Source: Myxococcota bacterium
GTDB lineage: Bacteria > Myxococcota_A > UBA9042 > PHBI01 > JACKFB01
NCBI GenBank assembly: GCA_051747385.1
Contig: JBNJGB010000023.1
Span: 16,720-80,719, forward strand
Direction of reading: 5' to 3'
Length of the DNA: 64,000 nt
Made by a program: the position numbers and the translations under genes. A model generated the notes under the pieces. It saw only the letters and a list, made by a program, of their open reading frames with translations. It was not told the origin of the DNA and searched no databases. Below are positions 44,140 to 52,100 of the stretch, in pieces (positions within the stretch are counted from its first letter, which is position 1; each line of letters begins with the position of its first letter).

Positions 44140-44851
44140 TACGCCGCCGTACGGCCAGGGCCAGGAGCAGGAGGACGGCGCCCCACACCGGGGCCCCGCG
44201 CGTGGCCGCGCAGCCGTCCTCGGCCGGCGGAGCGCCCGCCGGGGAGCCCGCCACGCCGCCCCGCTCCACGGACGGGGTCGGCCCGGCGGCGACGCTCGAC
44301 GGTCCGGCGTCCGGCGCGAACCCGGCATCCGGTACCGGGCCTGCGTCGGCGCCACGGGCGGGGCCTGCGTCCCCGGCGCTCGGCACCCCGGCGTCCGAGG
44401 GGGGGCCCGCGTCGGAGTCCTGGGCGGCGTCGGCCTCCTCCGCGTGGGCGGTCGTCATCGGCAGGCAGTCGTAGGCCTCGAGGCCGTCGTCCCAGCCGCA
44501 GACCGCGTCCTCGCCGCAGTCCGCGGTGCGGACGCGCCCCTCGCCGTCGCACCAGACCACGTGGTTGGCGGCGGTGCAGCGGCCCTCGCGCGGGATGTCG
44601 GCGCAGTCCGTGGCCTCGATGGCGACGCAGCCGTAGCCGCCGTCGAAGGCGTCGTGCTGCGTGCACAGCTCCCCGGGTGGGCAGGTGGCGGTCTTCAGCT
44701 CTCCGTCGGCGCACCAGACCAGGGTCCGGCCGTCGACGCACTGGCCGTCCGGGTCGACCTGGCCGCACGTCTCCGCGCGGGCGTCGGTCGCCGCGATCGA
44801 GGCGGCGACGGCCAGCCACACCACCAGCATTCGGGGGAAGCGCACGTCCAT
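44129..44851 (-). CDS. secreted Cys-rich protein with MYXO-CTERM-type C-terminal sorting signal
   Basis: Signal peptide MLVVWLAVAASIAATDARA. Two similar Cys-rich modules (CGQVDPDGQCVDGRTLVWCADGELKTATC / CADIPREGRCTAANHVVWCDGEGRVRTADC). A P/A/G/D linker. Tail: DGCAATRGAPVWGAVLLLLALAVRRR (Cys, TM, basic cluster). The 3' end overlaps the convergent GT-C gene by 11 nt. Confidence 0.75.
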   Translation of the reverse strand: MDVRFPRMLVVWLAVAASIAATDARAETCGQVDPDGQCVDGRTLVWCADGELKTATCPPGELCTQHDAFDGGYGCVAIEATDCADIPREGRCTAANHVVWCDGEGRVRTADCGEDAVCGWDDGLEAYDCLPMTTAHAEEADAAQDSDAGPPSDAGVPSAGDAGPARGADAGPVPDAGFAPDAGPSSVAAGPTPSVERGGVAGSPAGAPPAEDGCAATRGAPVWGAVLLLLALAVRRRISG

Positions 44852-44907
44852 CGCCGGAAGTCTAGCGACGCCGTCGAAGCCGGATCAAAGGAATCCGACG
44901 CGCTGCG

Positions 44908-46077
44908 TCACGCGTTCATGGAGCAGAACGCCTCGTAGTCCACCAGCTCCGTGATCGTGGGCTGTTCGCTGCAGACGGGGCAGCTCGGATCCCGGCGCGT
45001 CTTCAGCTCGCGCACGCTCATCCGGAGGGCGTCGATGGACAGGATCCGGCCCGAGAGCAGGTCGCCCGCGCCCAAGAGGAGTTTGACCACCTCGGCGGCC
45101 TGCAGGGTCCCCACGATGCCGCAGATGGCGCCCAGGACGCCCGCCTCGGCGCAGCTCGGGGCGAGCTCCGGCGGGGGCGGCTCCGGGTACAGGCAGCGAT
45201 AGCACGGCCCGCCGTCCGGGGCGTTGAAGGTCGTGACCTGCCCGTCGAAGTGGAAGATGGAGCCGTGGACGTTGGGGATGCCCAGGAAGACGCACGCGTC
45301 GTTGATGAGATAGCGCGTCGGGAAGTTGTCGGTGCCGTCGACGACCACGTCCCACCCCTCGAAGATCTCGAGGGCGTTCGAGGAGTCCAGCCGCGTGTCG
45401 TAGGCGACCACCTCGATGTCGCTGTTGAGGCGCTTCAGGGTCTCCCGGGCGGACTCGACCTTCGGATCTCCGGCGCGCTCCTCCGTGTGGATGATCTGGC
45501 GCTGGAGGTTGGAGGTGTCCACGCGGTCGTTGTCGATGATGCCCAGGGTCCCCACGCCGGCCGCCGCCAGGTACAGGGCCGTCGGTGAGCCCAGCCCGCC
45601 GGCGCCCACGCAGAGCACGCGGGCGTCCAGGAGCGTCTGCTGCCCTTCCTCCCCCATCTGCGGGAGGATGATCTGCCGGGCGTAGCGCGCCTTCTGCTCG
45701 GTGCTGAGGGTCTTGCGATGCTCCAGGTCGTACCCGGCGCGGCTCCAGGCGCCGACGCCGCCCAGGATGTTCACCACGTCCCGATAGCCCATCTCCTCCA
45801 GGGACTTTGCGCTCAGGGCGCTGCGGAAGCCGCCGGCGCAGTACAGCGCGATGGGGCGATCCCGATCGGGCACCATGGCCTCGATCTTCTGCTCCAGCAG
45901 GCCGCGCGGGACGATCACGGCGCCGGGGATGACGCCGTTCATCGTCTCGTCCGGCTCGCGGATGTCGATGAGCACCGGACGCGGGTTCGCGTCGAGTCGC
46001 TCCTTCAGGTCCTGGACGGAGATCTCCCGGATCTGCGCCTTGGTCCTCGCGAGGATGTCCTCAAAGGTCGGGGCCAT
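44908..46077 (-). CDS. moeB: rhodanese-ThiF/MoeB fusion (sulfur-carrier adenylyltransferase with N-terminal rhodanese domain)
   Basis: N-terminal rhodanese: PVLIDIREPDE...PIALYCAGGFRSALSAKSL. E1-like domain: RYARQIILPQMGEEGQQTLLDARVLCVGAGGLGSPTALYLAAAGVGTLGIIDNDRVDTSNLQRQ. Cys pairs CYRC...C and CPVC. The symbol is tentative; this could equally be a ThiF/MoeZ-type enzyme. Confidence 0.8.
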   Translation of the reverse strand: MAPTFEDILARTKAQIREISVQDLKERLDANPRPVLIDIREPDETMNGVIPGAVIVPRGLLEQKIEAMVPDRDRPIALYCAGGFRSALSAKSLEEMGYRDVVNILGGVGAWSRAGYDLEHRKTLSTEQKARYARQIILPQMGEEGQQTLLDARVLCVGAGGLGSPTALYLAAAGVGTLGIIDNDRVDTSNLQRQIIHTEERAGDPKVESARETLKRLNSDIEVVAYDTRLDSSNALEIFEGWDVVVDGTDNFPTRYLINDACVFLGIPNVHGSIFHFDGQVTTFNAPDGGPCYRCLYPEPPPPELAPSCAEAGVLGAICGIVGTLQAAEVVKLLLGAGDLLSGRILSIDALRMSVRELKTRRDPSCPVCSEQPTITELVDYEAFCSMNA

Positions 46078-46081
46078 TCGT

Positions 46082-46244
46082 GACTCCTGTGGCGAAACTC
46101 CGGCCCGGCCCAGGCCGACGATCCGACGGCGCTGTGGCGTGCCGCAACTCCTTGAATTGGCGCTGCCAGTCCTGCGTCGTTGCGTCCCACCACAGCTTGC
46201 GCCTCGACGCCCTGGACTCGACCCTCCATTCCGTCCCAGGAGTC
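46082..46244 (+). repeat. copy B of the 163-bp MITE-like repeat
   Basis: Same orientation, length and GACTCCTG / CAGGAGTC termini as 34110-34272. It starts 5 nt from the moeB start codon. Confidence 0.85.
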
Positions 46245-46328
46245 ATTCTTGACTCCCCGGGTCCACAATGGAGCGGACAACCCTACGCAGGGCCGTGGGC
46301 CAAGGCAATGAACGGCCTCGTGGGGGCG

Positions 46329-46622
46329 TCAGGCCGACTTCCCCAGCGGCCGCAGCGCCGGCTTTCCGGGCTCGCCCGGTGCAGGGCGCTCGACGTCGGA
46401 CGTGGTGATCACGCGATCGCGGCCCTGGCGCTTGGCCTCGTACATGGCCTGGTCCGCGCGCCGGATCATCTCCGGCAGAGAGGCCTCCGGGCCCGCGGCG
46501 GACGCCACGCCGAAGCTGGCCGTGAACGACGGGCCGGTGTAGCGCTCCACCGCCGTGCACCGGATCACGTGGGGCAGGTCCGTGTATGATGCGCGGCCGT
46601 GGATCCGCCTCACCCCGCCCAT
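46329..46622 (-). pseudogene. 3' remnant of a GGDEF diguanylate cyclase gene
   Basis: Only the last part of a GGDEF domain is readable: ...FTASFGVASAAGPEASLPEMIRRADQAMYEAKRQGRDRV. Upstream in the same frame (track ORF 46329..47768) the sequence is R/G/E-rich antisense junk opposite a real plus-strand gene. Confidence 0.6.
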
Positions 46623-47663
46623 GGACACCTCCGCGCTCCGGCGTGGGCCCGGCAGCGGCCGTCGGAGGAGGACGCCGACGCCTTGGACCTGCGGGGCCTG
46701 GAGCCCCCGTCGGGCCCTCCCTCGGACCTCCGGGAGATCCTCGCCGCCGTCGATCCCTTCGCACACGGCGACCCCGCGGCCTGGCGGCTGCGCGAGGTCC
46801 TGGCGGAGGGCTCGGGAGCGGGGCCGGAGCATGTGATCCCCGGGGGCGACGACCTGGTCGGCCTGGCCTGCCGCGCCGTCCTCGGGCCCGCGGATCGCGT
46901 CGCTCTCGCGGCCCCTGGACGCGCCGCCTTCGAGCGCGAGGTGGCGGCCTGCGGTGCGCGCTACGTGGACGTGGGACGGGATCAGGCCTTCCGCGTCCAG
47001 GAGGAGGCCCTGGACCGGGTCCTCTCCGACGGGGACGTGCGCCTCGTGATCCTGGGCCGCCCGGCGGTCCCGGCCGGCGCCGTCGCCCGCCTCCACCCGG
47101 TCCGGCGCGCCCTCGACGCGGGGGCCTTCGTGCTCGTCGACGAGGCCGACCTCCCCCTCGCGGACGGCCGGAGCGAGAGCGCCCTCTCCCTGCTCCGAGG
47201 CCCGGACGCGCCCGGACGCCTGATCGTGCGGACCCGCGTGGCCCCCGCGCTGGCGATCGGACCGCTCCGGGCCGACGCGCTGTGGGCCGCCCCCGACGTG
47301 GCGGAGCGCCTGTGGGCCCTGCGACCCGAGGTGCCGCTGTCCCGGGCGGCGCAGGTCTCGGCCCTCCACCTCCTCGAGCACCCGGAGGCCGCCGAGGAGG
47401 CCGCGGAGGCCCTCATCCGGACCCGCGAGGCCCTGCGCGAGCGCCTCCTCGCGGCGGGCGGCCTGGACGTGCCACCGTCGGACGGGCCGTGCCTGCTGGT
47501 CCGCCGTCCCGGCACGCCGGGCGAAGACCTCGCCTCGGCGCTGTCCCGCGCCGGCGTCCTGGTGGACTGGAGCTCCCACTGGACCTGGCGCGACGCCGTG
47601 CGCCTCCGAATCCCCGCCCCCGAGCACCTCGACCGGGTCGTCGCCACCTTCTCCGATGCCTGA
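46599..47663 (+). CDS. class I/II aminotransferase-fold protein (HisC/CobD-like) lacking PLP-binding residues
   Basis: It is collinear with the HisC pattern, but key motifs are replaced: NPNNPTG reads GRPAVPAG, DEAY reads DEAD, and TFSKAxGLAGLR reads RTRVAPALAIGPLR (no Schiff-base Lys). The C-terminus, DAVRLRIPAPEHLDRVV, resembles the usual LRItig..e motif. GTG start. Confidence 0.7.
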   Translation: MDPPHPAHGHLRAPAWARQRPSEEDADALDLRGLEPPSGPPSDLREILAAVDPFAHGDPAAWRLREVLAEGSGAGPEHVIPGGDDLVGLACRAVLGPADRVALAAPGRAAFEREVAACGARYVDVGRDQAFRVQEEALDRVLSDGDVRLVILGRPAVPAGAVARLHPVRRALDAGAFVLVDEADLPLADGRSESALSLLRGPDAPGRLIVRTRVAPALAIGPLRADALWAAPDVAERLWALRPEVPLSRAAQVSALHLLEHPEAAEEAAEALIRTREALRERLLAAGGLDVPPSDGPCLLVRRPGTPGEDLASALSRAGVLVDWSSHWTWRDAVRLRIPAPEHLDRVVATFSDA

Positions 47664-47665
47664 TC

Positions 47666-47742
47666 CACAAGTGGGGTCACAAGTGGGGTCAAACCTACGC
47701 GGTGATCCTGGGGTCAAACCTACGCAGTTTTCATTTTTTCGC
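47666..47742 (+). repeat. composite short repeats: (CACAAGTGGGGT)x2 followed by two GGGGTCAAACCTACGC units, the second extended by AGTTTTCATTTTTTCGCC
   Basis: 12-mers at 47666-47677 and 47678-47689. GGGGTCAAACCTACGC at 47685-47700 and 47710-47725, separated by GGTGATCCT. A related copy lies at 59307-59350. Confidence 0.8.
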
Positions 47743-47763
47743 CGCCGGGGCCGGCTGTCCTGC

Positions 47764-47810
47764 TGCATCTTTTTCGTGTGCTTGGCGGCTTGGCGCCTTT
47801 GCGCGAGCCT
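47764..47810 (+). repeat. copy 2 of the dispersed hairpin repeat (core GCCTTTGCGCGAGCC)
   Basis: ctgcatctttttcgtgtgcttggcGGCTTGGCGCctttGCGCGAGCC. The stem is 47787-47796 / 47801-47809. It lies 22 nt beyond the mnmE stop. Confidence 0.6.
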
Positions 47811-47831
47811 ACGAGATCGCGATGAGGACCC

Positions 47832-49151
47832 CTACTTGCCGATGCAGAACTCGCCGAAGAGGCGATCCAGGACGTCCTCGATGGTGCTCAGCCCCACCAG
47901 CTCGCCGAGGGCGTCCGTGGCCTCCTGCACGTCCACCGCGATCAGCTCGGGCGGGGCGTCGGCCGCGAGCTCCTCGGCGGCCTGCTCCAGGGCCTCGGCG
48001 GTGCGCACCAGGGACACGCGGTGGCGCTCCCGGCCGATGGTCAGGCCGTCCCCGGGTGCCGTGGCGCCGCCCAGGCGGTCCACGACGGCCTCGCGGAGGG
48101 TGTCCAGGCCCTCTCCGGTGACGGCGCTCACCGTCAGCGCGCCGTCGACGGGCCGGAACTCCGGGCGATCGGCCTTGGAGGCGACCCGCAGCACGGGGAC
48201 GCGGCCCGCCTCCGGATCCCCGTCCGGTCGTCCGACCTCCACCAGGTGCAGGACCAGGTCGGCCGTGCCCGCCTCGCGGCGCGTACGGTCGATGCCGGCG
48301 GCCTCCACCACGTCCGTCGTGTCCCGGAGGCCGGCCGTGTCCACCAGCACCACCGGCACGCCGAGGAGGTCCACCGTCTCGTCCAGGGTGTCGCGGGTCG
48401 TCCCCGCCACCTCCGTGACGATGGCGCGATCCCGCTCGCAGAGCGCGTTGAACAGGCTCGACTTCCCCGCGTTGGGCGCGCCCGTGAGCGCCACCCGGGC
48501 CCCCTCGCGCCACAGGCGCCCCCGCCTCCACGTGTCTGCGAGACCCCGAGCCTCCGAGGCGATGGCGCGGGCCTCCGCCTCCAGGTCCGAGGCGTCGATC
48601 GGCGGGACGTCCTCCTCCACGAAGTCGATGTTCACCTCGAGGCGGGCGCGGAGGGCCAGGAGGCGCTCGCGCATGTCCTCGGCCACGCGGTACAGCCGTC
48701 CGCCCAGGTGGCTGCGGGCCTGGGCGAGGGCGCGGTCCGTGCGCGCCGTGATCAGGTCCGCGACGGCCTCGGCCCGCGTCAGGTCCAGGCGGCCGTTCAG
48801 GAACGCGCGCCGCGTGAACTCGCCGGGCTCCGCGGGGCGGGCGCCCGAGGGCCACAGAACCTCGAGGCAGCGCCGCAGGTTCAGCGCGCCCCCGTGGAGG
48901 TGCACCTCGACCACGTCGTCGCCCGTGTACGATCGCGGCCCCGGCATGACCACGAGCAGGCCCTCGTCCAGATCACGCCCGGCGCCGTCGTGCCACCATC
49001 CGTGGTACATGCGGCGTGGCTCGGGCTCGTCGGGCAGGCTCCGGAAGTGCCTGCGCGCCAGGGGGACGGCCTCCGGTCCGGCCACGCGGATGACGCCCAC
49101 ACCGCCGCCGGCGGCGGTCGCGATGGCGGCGATGGTATCCTCCGCGTCCAT
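47832..49151 (-). CDS. mnmE: tRNA modification GTPase MnmE
   Basis: MDAEDTIAAIATAAGGGVGVIRVAGPEA..., G-domain GAPNAGKSSLFNAL...DTAGLR, C-terminal FCIGK. Confidence 0.93.
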   Translation of the reverse strand: MDAEDTIAAIATAAGGGVGVIRVAGPEAVPLARRHFRSLPDEPEPRRMYHGWWHDGAGRDLDEGLLVVMPGPRSYTGDDVVEVHLHGGALNLRRCLEVLWPSGARPAEPGEFTRRAFLNGRLDLTRAEAVADLITARTDRALAQARSHLGGRLYRVAEDMRERLLALRARLEVNIDFVEEDVPPIDASDLEAEARAIASEARGLADTWRRGRLWREGARVALTGAPNAGKSSLFNALCERDRAIVTEVAGTTRDTLDETVDLLGVPVVLVDTAGLRDTTDVVEAAGIDRTRREAGTADLVLHLVEVGRPDGDPEAGRVPVLRVASKADRPEFRPVDGALTVSAVTGEGLDTLREAVVDRLGGATAPGDGLTIGRERHRVSLVRTAEALEQAAEELAADAPPELIAVDVQEATDALGELVGLSTIEDVLDRLFGEFCIGK

Positions 49152-49202
49152 GGCCGCGGGAAGCTAGCACCGGGCGTCGGAACGGGACAACACGGGGACG
49201 TG

Positions 49203-49781
49203 ATGGACGAGGCGAGCGATCCGGCGGCGCGGTTCAACGCCGCGCTGGAGGCGACGGACCGGGGCGACGACGAGGCCGCCCGCGGTCACCTGGAGGCCGT
49301 GCTGGCGGCCGATCCCGACGACGAGGAGGCCGTGCTGCTCCTCGCCCAGGTGGAGCGCGACGCCGGGCAGGAGGAGGCTGCCGAGGCCCGCCTCGTGGAG
49401 CACCTCGAGCGCGTGCCGGAGCACGTAGCCGCCATGGTGGAGGTGGCGGACCTGCGCCTGCGCCGCGGCGCTCCGGGGGAGGCGGCGACCCTGCTGCGCG
49501 AGGCCCTCGTCCACGATCCCAACCACTGGGAGGCCCTGTTCCTCATGGGCAACGCCTTCCTGGACGTGGAGGCCTACGAGGAGGCCGTGCGGGCCTATCG
49601 CGGGTGCCTCCAGTCGAACCCCTTCTGCGCGGAGGCCTGGTACAATATGGGCCGGGCCTTCCTGGACGCGGGGGACGCGCCGGGCGCCGCGGCCGCCTGG
49701 AGCACCTACCTCCGCACGGCCCCCGACGCCCCGGACCGGGCGGAGGTGGAGGCGGCCATCGAGCGCCTGCAGACCGCGTAG
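49203..49781 (+). CDS. TPR repeat protein
   Basis: The track ORF starts far upstream, antisense to mnmE. The real start is ATG 49203 (or GTG 49200): MDEASDPAARFNAALEATDRGDDEAARGHLEAVLAADPDDEEAVLLLAQV... with 4-5 TPR-like units (WEALFLMGNAFLDVEAYEEAVRAYRGCLQSNPFCAEAWYNMGRAFLDAGD). Confidence 0.75.
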   Translation: MDEASDPAARFNAALEATDRGDDEAARGHLEAVLAADPDDEEAVLLLAQVERDAGQEEAAEARLVEHLERVPEHVAAMVEVADLRLRRGAPGEAATLLREALVHDPNHWEALFLMGNAFLDVEAYEEAVRAYRGCLQSNPFCAEAWYNMGRAFLDAGDAPGAAAAWSTYLRTAPDAPDRAEVEAAIERLQTA

Positions 49782-49794
49782 CCTCCGGGCCGGC

Positions 49795-50649
49795 TCAGGC
49801 CTCCTCGAGGAGGAAGGCGCGCACCATGCGGTTGAAGCGCTCGGGCTCCTCCTCGTGGGGGCAGTGCCCGGCGTGGGGAAAGGTCACCAGCCGCGCGTCG
49901 GGCATGCGGCGGACGATCTCGGGCGCCGCCCGGGCGCTCAGGAGGAGGTCCTTCGTGCCCCAGGCCACGAGCGTGTGGTGGGGGATCTCGGGAAGGAAGC
50001 CCTCCACCTCCTCCACCATGGCCTCCAGCTTGCGGGCGACCGCCAGGGCCGTCGGGACCGCGTGGCGGCTCTCGAACGGGGGGCGGAAGCCCTCCATGTA
50101 CCGGCTGTCCACCCGGAGCCGGCGATAGGCCAGGGTCTGCAGACCCAGCCGCGCCAGGGTCGGACGCACGAAGGGGCGGTAGAACGGGGCCATCCACGGT
50201 GCCTTGAGGAGCGTGGGCACCCGGGGCAGGGACGACGCGACGGCCAGGCTGTTCACCAGCACCAGGCGATGGACCCGCTCCGGCGCGTTCCGGGCGATCC
50301 AGAGGGCGATCGCCCCGCCGAGGCTGTTGCCGCAGAGGTGCGCGCGCTCCACCTCCAGGCGATCCAGCACGCCGAGGACGAAGCGGCCCAGGCTCTCCAG
50401 GTCGTAGCCGCCGTGGGGCCGCTCGCTCCAGCCGAAGCCCTTCTGGCAGGGCGCGATCACGTCGAAGTCCCGGGACAGGGGCTCCAGGTTGAAGCGCCAC
50501 GAGAAGCTCGAGACCAGAAAGCCGTGCACCAGGACCAGGGCCGGCGCGTCGTCACCGGGCGGCCCCGTCCGCACGTAATGGGCCAGCGCGCCGTCGACCG
50601 CGGTCCATCGGGACCGGGGGTGCCAGCCCCGGCGCGCGCGGCCGCTCAT
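49795..50649 (-). CDS. alpha/beta hydrolase fold protein
   Basis: ATG 50649 overlaps the upstream stop (ATGA). LVLVHGFLVSSFSWRF, nucleophile elbow GNSLGGAIAL, C-terminal FPHAGHCPHEEEPERF. Confidence 0.88.
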   Translation of the reverse strand: MSGRARRGWHPRSRWTAVDGALAHYVRTGPPGDDAPALVLVHGFLVSSFSWRFNLEPLSRDFDVIAPCQKGFGWSERPHGGYDLESLGRFVLGVLDRLEVERAHLCGNSLGGAIALWIARNAPERVHRLVLVNSLAVASSLPRVPTLLKAPWMAPFYRPFVRPTLARLGLQTLAYRRLRVDSRYMEGFRPPFESRHAVPTALAVARKLEAMVEEVEGFLPEIPHHTLVAWGTKDLLLSARAAPEIVRRMPDARLVTFPHAGHCPHEEEPERFNRMVRAFLLEEA

Positions 50650-52100
50650 GGCCCCAGCCGCTTCCTCGCGTCGGCCGCGCGAGAGCCGCCCGGGTACTCG
50701 GCCAGGTACTCGCGGTAGGCCTCCTTGGCCTCGCGGGATCGGCCGGCGGCCTCGTATGCCCGCCCGAGCCAGTAGATGCAGGGGCCGTAGCGCGGCGCGG
50801 CCTTCCGGCACTCCTTGAACTGCAGGATGGCCTTGGACGGGCTGCCGAGGCGTCGGAGGTTCACCTGCCCGACGCGGCTCAGGGCGTCCGGGTGCCCCGG
50901 GCGAAGCTCGAGGGCACGCCGGTACAGCCGGAGGGCTTCCACGGGATCGCTCGAGGCCTCGCGGCGCGCCCGCGCCATGACCTGATCGAAGTCGTCGGCG
51001 TCGTAAGAGGGCTCGGGCCTGGGCTTCGGCTTCCGCTTCGGGCGCTTCCGGGGCTCCTTCGTCTTCGCCTGGGCCTGCTTCCGCTCCTGCTCCTCGTCGG
51101 CCTCCTCGGCCGCCGTGGGCCCGGGGACGTCCTCCTCGGCGTCCGCGTCGGCGTCCGCGTCGGCGTCGTCGGCCTCGTCCTGCTCCCCGGCGTCGGGGTC
51201 CGTGGCGGCTGTGGTCGCCCCGGCGTCGGGTGTCTCCTCGGGTTCGTCCGCGCCGGCGTCGGTCTCCTCTCCCGCCGCCTCCTCGGCGCCGGCGTCGGGC
51301 GCGAGCACGGCGGGCGCGGCGGTGCCCCGCTGCGGGTCGGTCGCCGTGGGCTGCTCGCCCCCCACGTCGGCGTCGAACACGCCCCCGCGCAGCATGGCCC
51401 AGATCGCGAGGCCGGCCGCCGCGCCCATCACCAGCATGGCCAGGAAGACGCGCCTCCGCCTGCGTCGGAGGGTGGCCTCGACCGCCGCGTCGTCCCATCC
51501 CCAGGTGGTGGTCGTCCCGCCGAGGGCGCCGGCGCGCTCGGGCTCTCCCCATGCGGCCGGCCCGGTCTGCGGGCCTCCGCCGTGCGTGATGGGGCGCTCC
51601 GTGGGCGGTCGCTCTGGCGGCGGCGGTGGGGACAGGATCGTGTCCGGCCCTCTCTCCTCACCGCTCGGGGGTGGCGGCGGCGCGAACGACTCGTCGAGAC
51701 TCCGCGGGCGGGGCTCCGCCACGGTCGGAGGCCCCTCGGGCTCGGGCGGGCCCGGGGGGCGGCGTGGACCCTGCGGGCGGGTGTCCGGTTCCGTGGGTCC
51801 GGTGGCAGGACGCTGGCGGGCGCCCTCGGGGAGCGGCGGCGGCGCGGGCGCGCGACTTTCGGGCTCCGGTCGGGCGGGGACCTCGCTCGGCTCTCCGCCG
51901 GCCCGGGCCATGAGGACCGCCAGGTCCGTGACGGCCTCCACGCGGGTCCAGCCGCCCTCCTCGTGCTCGATCCAGTCGCCCTTGACCACGACCCCGTCGC
52001 GGATCCAGCGCTGGAGGACGTCCAGGGACGGGAAGCGGAGGACGGTGCCGTCCGCCTTCCGGACCGCCCACTGACCCTGGCTGTCAGGCGCGTCGCTCAA
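50646..52100 (-). CDS. membrane protein: N-terminal GYF_2-like domain, Pro-rich linker, one TM, acidic region, C-terminal TPR
   Basis: The proposed TTG 52100 start overlaps the upstream stop (TTGA). QWAVRKADGTVLRFPSLDVLQRWIRDGVVVKGDWIEHEEGGWTRVEAVTDL fits the GYF_2 pattern. TM: VFLAMLVMGAAAGLAIWAML. TPR-like: ALRLYRRALELRPGHPDALSRVGQVNL...CIYWLGRAYEAAGRSREAKEAYREYL. The start is uncertain. Confidence 0.6.
   Translation of the reverse strand: MSDAPDSQGQWAVRKADGTVLRFPSLDVLQRWIRDGVVVKGDWIEHEEGGWTRVEAVTDLAVLMARAGGEPSEVPARPEPESRAPAPPPLPEGARQRPATGPTEPDTRPQGPRRPPGPPEPEGPPTVAEPRPRSLDESFAPPPPPSGEERGPDTILSPPPPPERPPTERPITHGGGPQTGPAAWGEPERAGALGGTTTTWGWDDAAVEATLRRRRRRVFLAMLVMGAAAGLAIWAMLRGGVFDADVGGEQPTATDPQRGTAAPAVLAPDAGAEEAAGEETDAGADEPEETPDAGATTAATDPDAGEQDEADDADADADADAEEDVPGPTAAEEADEEQERKQAQAKTKEPRKRPKRKPKPRPEPSYDADDFDQVMARARREASSDPVEALRLYRRALELRPGHPDALSRVGQVNLRRLGSPSKAILQFKECRKAAPRYGPCIYWLGRAYEAAGRSREAKEAYREYLAEYPGGSRAADARKRLGP

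Noticed and set aside
46078-46330. A Moco-type riboswitch or other leader upstream of the rhodanese-moeB gene.
   Set aside because: The upstream sequence is essentially the 163-bp repeat, in antisense orientation relative to moeB. I saw no recognisable riboswitch core motifs.
46329-47768. The full 479-aa minus-strand ORF as an intact GGDEF protein.
   Set aside because: Only the last ~60-97 residues resemble a GGDEF domain. The remainder is antisense junk opposite the aminotransferase-like gene, which has coherent family collinearity.
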